Source: Eledone cirrhosa
Lineage: Eukaryota
Reading direction: 5' to 3'
Length of the DNA stretch: 33,623 bases
Assembly (NCBI GenBank): GCA_964016885.1
Contig: CAXHJY010000071.1
Span: 1 to 33,623 of the forward strand
The position numbers and the translations under genes were made by a program. Positions 27,505 through 33,623 of the stretch are shown piece by piece (the first letter of the stretch is position 1; every line of letters begins with the position of its first letter). The notes below the pieces were generated by a model, which saw only the letters and a list, made by a program, of their open reading frames with translations, did not search any database and had not been told where the DNA came from.

Positions 27505-27708
27505 CGTTTCTGAATTTGTTTAGCAAGATTCTTTATCTGAAAACGAGTGTTGAAACCGATATTGTTATACTTTGGGAGGGTCATATTGCCAATAAGAAAC
27601 ACACGCACCACATGCTTTCACTTATATATATATATATATTAACCCGTAAATACGGCGTCTCTAAGACAATTTTAAAGCTAGCGGAGCCCATCACATTTCC
27701 AGATCCAT

Positions 27709-27766
<58 letters not shown>

Positions 27767-28133
27767 TATATATATTTATTATATATGGAAATGCCAGATA
27801 CTTTTATACGAATGAAACCTCTAGATGTTATTTCTATATGTAATATAATAAAGATGATTGGGCCACAACTAGTTTCCATAAAACTGACCTTTCTGATGAA
27901 TTTTGTTGCACTCAATAAGGCAGATATTTGGATCAACGCTACTTTTGGTGATATTTCAGGGTACTTTCTATTCTGTTAGTTACAGTCCATAAGGCTTGAT
28001 AATACTTTTCTAAGCAGGGGGAAAGAAAGCAAGAGAGGGTACTTTCAATACCTGTGAGTTAACAGAGTAATGTATGTAGGGTCTTGTGTATATCTCAATA
28101 TTCACTACGGAATTACAATAGATACAATCCCTC

Positions 28134-28933
28134 TCGTCGGACAACGTGCTTTATGGCAGAGAGTTACGGTCCTTTACGTTCTGATCTCAAATACCACTGA
28201 GGTTTGCTTTGTTTTTCATCCTTCCAGGGACGATAAAATAAAGTACAAGTTATCGACATTCCTCTCCCCCAAATTCGCTGGCTTTGAGCCTGTATGAGAG
28301 ATCATATTATCATTAAGAGGGGTGGATTAGCAGAATCGGTAGAGCGTCCGACGCCATGTTTTCTAGCATAGTTACGTCCCTTTACGTTCTGAGTTCAAAT
28401 CCAGCCGAGGTTAACTTTGCCTTTCATCCATACGGGGTCGATAAAATAAAGTACCAGTAATGCACTGGGTAATTGCTGGCCTTGTGCCTAAAGTAGAAAC
28501 AATTATTATCATTAATTGGCAATGGATTGGCAGAACCGGTAGAGCGTCCGACGCCATGCTGTCCAGCATAGTTACGTCCCTTTACGTTCTGAGTTCAAAT
28601 CCAGCCGAGGTTAACTTTGCCTTTCATCCTTACGGAGTCGATAAAATAAAGTACCAGTAATGCACAGGGGTTATTGCTGGCCTCGTGCTAAAAATAGAAA
28701 CAATTATTATCATTTTTTGAATTGGCAGCATCGGCAGAGCGTCGGACAATATGCTTAGCGGCATAGAGTTACGGCCCTTTACGATCTGAGTTCAAATCCC
28801 GCCGAGGTTAGCTTTGCCTTTCATCCTTACGGGGTCGATAACATAAAGTACCAGTAATGCACTGGGATCCATTCAATCGACTTTCCTCTGCCGCCAAATT
28901 GTTGGCCTCGTTCCCAAATCAGAAACTATTATA
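28134..28933 (+). mobile_element. Head-to-tail array of four SINE copies
   Basis: Units at about 28134-28313 (diverged), 28320-28510, 28518-28712 and 28718-28933, each with a B-box and the central domain. Confidence 0.92.
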
Positions 28934-29070
28934 TTTGATCACGTGGTCTACCGTAATTTGAAACAGGTAAATTAAAAGAATGAAACCATTAGAGAGTGAA
29001 ATATCTCTAAAGTCATCGAAGCAATGACAGAAGAAACGGCGATATAATTACTGTAATATAATCATAACAG

Positions 29071-29118
<48 letters not shown>

Positions 29119-29201
29119 AATTTTACTGTGTCTTAACTAGATTTTCTTGCTTAAGTCCAGACAGTTTCACTGGAACCACCATAGAGATCCGGTAACAATA
29201 A

Positions 29202-29240
<39 letters not shown>

Positions 29241-29296
29241 AACATATATATGCATATATACATATATATATATACTGTATATATATATATATATGC

Positions 29297-29348
<52 letters not shown>

Positions 29349-29352
29349 GTAT

Positions 29353-29383
<31 letters not shown>

Positions 29384-29414
29384 ATATATATGTATATATG
29401 TATATATATATATA

Positions 29415-29447
<33 letters not shown>

Positions 29448-29500
29448 GTGTGTATATATATATATCTATGTATGTATATATATATATATATGTATGAATG

Positions 29501-29536
<36 letters not shown>

Positions 29537-29606
29537 TGAATGTATATATATATATATATGTATGAATGTATATATATATATATATGTATGTATATATATA
29601 TATATG

Positions 29607-29755
<149 letters not shown>

Positions 29756-30026
29756 ATATATATATATATATATATATAAAGAGAGAGAGAGAAAGAGAGA
29801 CATATATGTATATATATATGCATATATATATTGTTATATACATATATATATACACATAAATCTATATACGTATATATATATGCATATATATATATATTTA
29901 TAGACAAATATGTATGTGTATATATATACACACATACCACACACTCACACATTCACACACGCATATTTATATACACATATATATATATCGACACATATAT
30001 ATGTGAGTGTGTGTATGAGTGTATGA

Positions 30027-30100
<74 letters not shown>

Positions 30101-30544
30101 ACATATTTTTTCGCTATCTCGCGTGAAAATAATGCATGGCACGAAATAAATCAGTAGAATTAGTTGCCATTATCTGCCATTATTCCTGAGCCGCTCACTG
30201 AAGGTGAATAATTCGTCTGTCATTAAACAAGATGTTGTGTTGCATTTTAGGATCTCCGTCGACTACGACGATCACTGCTCCAATTCTTCGAACAACAAAA
30301 CAGCACGCTTGTGACATTCTCTTCGGACGAGTGTTCAAGTTGCTCGATAAACGATGCAGAGTAATCGAACATTTAGCGTGTAATTAACTGATTGATCATT
30401 CAACATTGCACGGCTGAACGTATTGTAATTCTGAGGGAGATTCAGCAAGGCTGTTTGTAATATGGTTAAATCTATTTCAGTTCTTCGATAAACGAAGGAC
30501 GTTACTCGGGAAATAAACGTTTAAGGCGATGGTGAGCATTTGAG

Positions 30545-30609
30545 CATTACACAGACACGTGTATCCTTAACGTAGTTCCCAGGAATATTCAGCGTGACAC
30601 TGTGTGTAT

Positions 30610-30686
<77 letters not shown>

Positions 30687-30903
30687 AAGGTTGACCCTTT
30701 GACTAGGTACAACCCATCTGACTCACTTAACTTGCAAACGGTTTTCCCTCAACACGATTTTATTCACAAGACATACGTCAACACAAAGCTACGGCACTTG
30801 CCGAAGAGATGGCGAAAGATGACGAGAGATCATGAGACATCACGATGGATTATTCAGTGGAATCGAACACGAGACTCTACGTTTGCCAAGCTATCTTCTT
30901 AAC
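30545..30903 (-). mobile_element. Diverged tRNA-headed SINE containing a (TG)n expansion
   Basis: Reverse complement begins GTTAAGAAG...GTGTTCGATTCC. Body TATCCTTAACGTAGTT...ATTCAGCGTGACAC-(TG)n-CAAGG; a related remnant lies near 3060-3300. Confidence 0.55.
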
Positions 30904-30980
30904 AAAGAATTTACAATTGATTCAATATACAAAATCTCACAATGTAATGAAAAGCCAATGATATTATATAAAAATAATAG

Positions 30981-31161
30981 GACGGTAGATTAGCAGTATA
31001 GGTAGAGGAGCAAACACCATGCTTTCCAGCATAGAGTTACGTCCCTGTACGGTCTGAGTTCAAATCCTGCCAAGGTTAACTTTGCCTTTCATTCTTACGG
31101 GGTCGATAAAATAAAGTACCAGTAATGCACCGGGGTAATTGCTGGTTTTGTGCCAAAAGTA
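30981..31161 (+). mobile_element. tRNA-derived SINE
   Basis: Same family as 7621-7813. Confidence 0.9.
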
Positions 31162-31728
31162 GGGGCGATTATATAAAAATAATTGAACAGAATCTAATAA
31201 AAACAAAACACTATGAAAGGTAACAGAAAAGAAAGGAGAAAAAAAAAAATGAAAAGGAGAAAAAGAAAGAAGGAACAAGCGATGAAAGAAAGGAGGGGCA
31301 GTCAGTGCATCCTAGTCTGAGCGCTAACGCCAGCCACACAGACAAAATGGCGAAAGCGTTACCACGGAGACTAGCCAGAGACATGCACTGAAACATCTAC
31401 CCCATCTCATGGGGCTCCCTCTTCAAGCGGACTGCCGCCTTTCCGATTTTACGAAGGAAGTCAGCAGTGAAGGGGACCAAAAGCGCGAGGGGGTCTCCAC
31501 GGAGATCGGTGCAAAGAGGAAGCGGTCGGTCAGGCCCCGGTATTTAATTATCTTGCTGACTTTAGGGAGGAAATCAACAGTGTGGTGACCAAGATGCCAG
31601 AGGTCACAACAGATATGGGTACAAAGATGGAAGCGGTCGGTCAGGCCCGGTATTTAACTATCTTCCTCTCCTCCGCATAGCGGGCAGCATAGCCCAATGC
31701 TAGAGGTGGAGAACGAGTCGTACACGTC

Positions 31729-32117
31729 ATGTCCTAGTGGATTGGCAGTATCGGTAGAGAGTCGGACATCATGCTTTGAAGCATAGAGTTACGTCCCTTT
31801 ACGATCTGAGTTCAAATCCGCTGAGGTTAACCTTGCCTTTCATCCTTACGGGGTCGATAAAATAAAGTACCAGTAATGCACTGAGTAATTGCTGGCCTTG
31901 TGCCCAAAGTAGAAACAGTTATGTCCTAGTGGATTGCAGTATCGGTAGAGAGTCGGACATCATGCTTTGAAGCATAGAGTTACGTCCCTTTACGATCTGA
32001 GTTCAAATCCCGCTGAGGTTAACCTTGCCTTTCATCCTTACGGGGTCGATAAAATAAAGTACCAGTCATGCACTGGGTAATTTGCTGGCCTTGAGCGAGC
32101 CACAAGCAGAAACAGTT
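31729..32117 (+). mobile_element. Near-identical tandem SINE dimer
   Basis: Two ~190-bp units, both starting ATGTCCTAGTGGATTG (31729 and 31921). Confidence 0.92.
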
Positions 32118-32419
32118 ACGTCCTACTTCATAACTATTCGGCAATGCTCTGTCCATGCTGCTTTCTACAATGGATAACATCACAAAAAAAAAAAGAGACA
32201 TTGTTAAAGCCAGTATCGTCATCTAGGCTATTTATAAGCAATGTGTATAATCACATCACCTCACATATCAGCTAGCTTAGAGTTGACTGGTTTATCGTTC
32301 ACTGAACTTTCATCAATGTATAAATATGATTTCAAGTAGTAAAGCCACACCTAGGTCTACATAACTTCTTGTACGAATTGGTCTTTGGGTAAATACGTAG
32401 TAGTACTGCAATTTCCAAT

Positions 32420-32452
32420 CACCATCATCATCATCATCATCATCAACATCAC

Positions 32453-32484
<32 letters not shown>

Positions 32485-32839
32485 CCATCATCATCACCAT
32501 CACCGCCTATCATCGTCACCATTATCATCACCACCACCATCATCACCATCATCATCATCACCAACATCACCATCACCATCATCATCATCACCATCACCGC
32601 CTATCATCATCACCATTAGCATCATCACCATCATTATCACCACCATCATCAGCATCACCATCATCATCACCATCACCGCCTATCATCACCACCACCATCC
32701 TCACCATCATCATCATCACCAACATCACCATCACCATCACCGCCTATCATCATCACCATCACCATCACCGCCTATCATCATCACCATTATCATCACCATC
32801 ACCACCACCACCACCACCACCACCATCATCATCATTATC

Positions 32840-32891
<52 letters not shown>

Positions 32892-33010
32892 CCATCACCG
32901 CCTATCATCATCACTATCATCATCACCACCACTATCATCACCACCATCATCATCATCAGAATCATCACCACCACCACCACCACCACTACCACTACCATTA
33001 TCATCATTAT
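32420..33010. repeat. (CAT/CAC)n compound trinucleotide repeat
   Basis: Direct observation; CACCGCCTAT recurs within it. Confidence 0.95.
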
Positions 33011-33024
33011 CTTTCCATTTCGTT

Positions 33025-33178
33025 GTCGAACACGCCATGCTTTGCAGCATAGAGTTACGACCCTTTACGATGTGAGTTCGAATAGTTTATTCTATCGACC
33101 CCCGTAAAGATGAAAGACAAAGCTAACCTCGGCGGGATTTGAACTCAGATCGTAAAGGGCCGTCACTCTTTGCTGCTA
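33025..33178. mobile_element. Inverted pair of SINE fragments
   Basis: Plus fragment 33025-33083 and minus fragment 33086-33178 share the tRNA-head segment and form a hairpin. Confidence 0.8.
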
Positions 33179-33623
33179 ATGATGATAATGATGATGATGA
33201 TGACGATGGTCGCGATGTTGATGATGATGAGGGTGATGATGATGATGATGATGATGGTCAAAATGATCATCATCATCACCACCACCACCACCACCACCAC
33301 CACCACCACCAGCATCAACATCATCATCATGCTGCTGTTGCTGCTGAAGATGATGATGATGATGATCACAATGATGGTGATGATGGTGATTATCCGATCA
33401 CACATAAATCACCGAAATAACAAGGAAGAGAAGAGAGGCACGTGGTTGTATGTGGATTACATTGCTGGAAGCCATTGCTGTCTGACCACACACATCAATG
33501 CTGGAACTAATCTCATAGAACGTAATTCAACTCCAATGGATGAATTAATCTGATGACTGTCTGTCTGCCTTTCTCTCTCCCCCCTCTCTCTCTCTATATA
33601 TATATATCTTATCTGATGAAAGC

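Noticed and set aside
27785-27979. 64-aa non-repetitive ORF
   Set aside because: No recognisable homology or clear splice context. The CTGATGA at 27893 lacks a GAAA partner.

Overview
AT-rich, microsatellite-saturated eukaryotic non-coding DNA. The (TA)n/(CA)n/(GA)n/(CAT)n density and the SINE families point to an octopod cephalopod genome (inference). No host protein-coding gene is recognisable, and nearly all ORFs in the track are microsatellite artefacts. The only real protein-coding sequence is retrotransposon-derived: a 5'-truncated CR1-group LINE (13251-15997, APE+RT, one homopolymer frameshift) and RTE-clade fragments, one of them a 5'-inverted insertion with a 12-bp TSD. The window also holds about 15 tRNA-derived SINE copies, a Tc1/mariner-type MITE and a 99-bp minisatellite. 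The most striking content is about ten short non-coding elements inserted in (TA)n tracts with a recurrent layout: (TA)n - inverted arm - spacer - arm - unique tail - (TA)n. Several carry type I hammerhead ribozyme (HHR) cores; about ten intact-looking or decayed cores from at least five unrelated sequence families were read by eye. Two palindromes encode an HHR on both strands, one HHR has a ~115-nt stem II, one has CCAAT/TATA boxes placed to start transcription at stem I, and different families share a bulged 3' stem-loop. This fits Penelope-like (PLE) pLTR remnants or non-autonomous ribozyme retroelements targeting (TA)n. All structures were derived by manual pairing; no searches were run.
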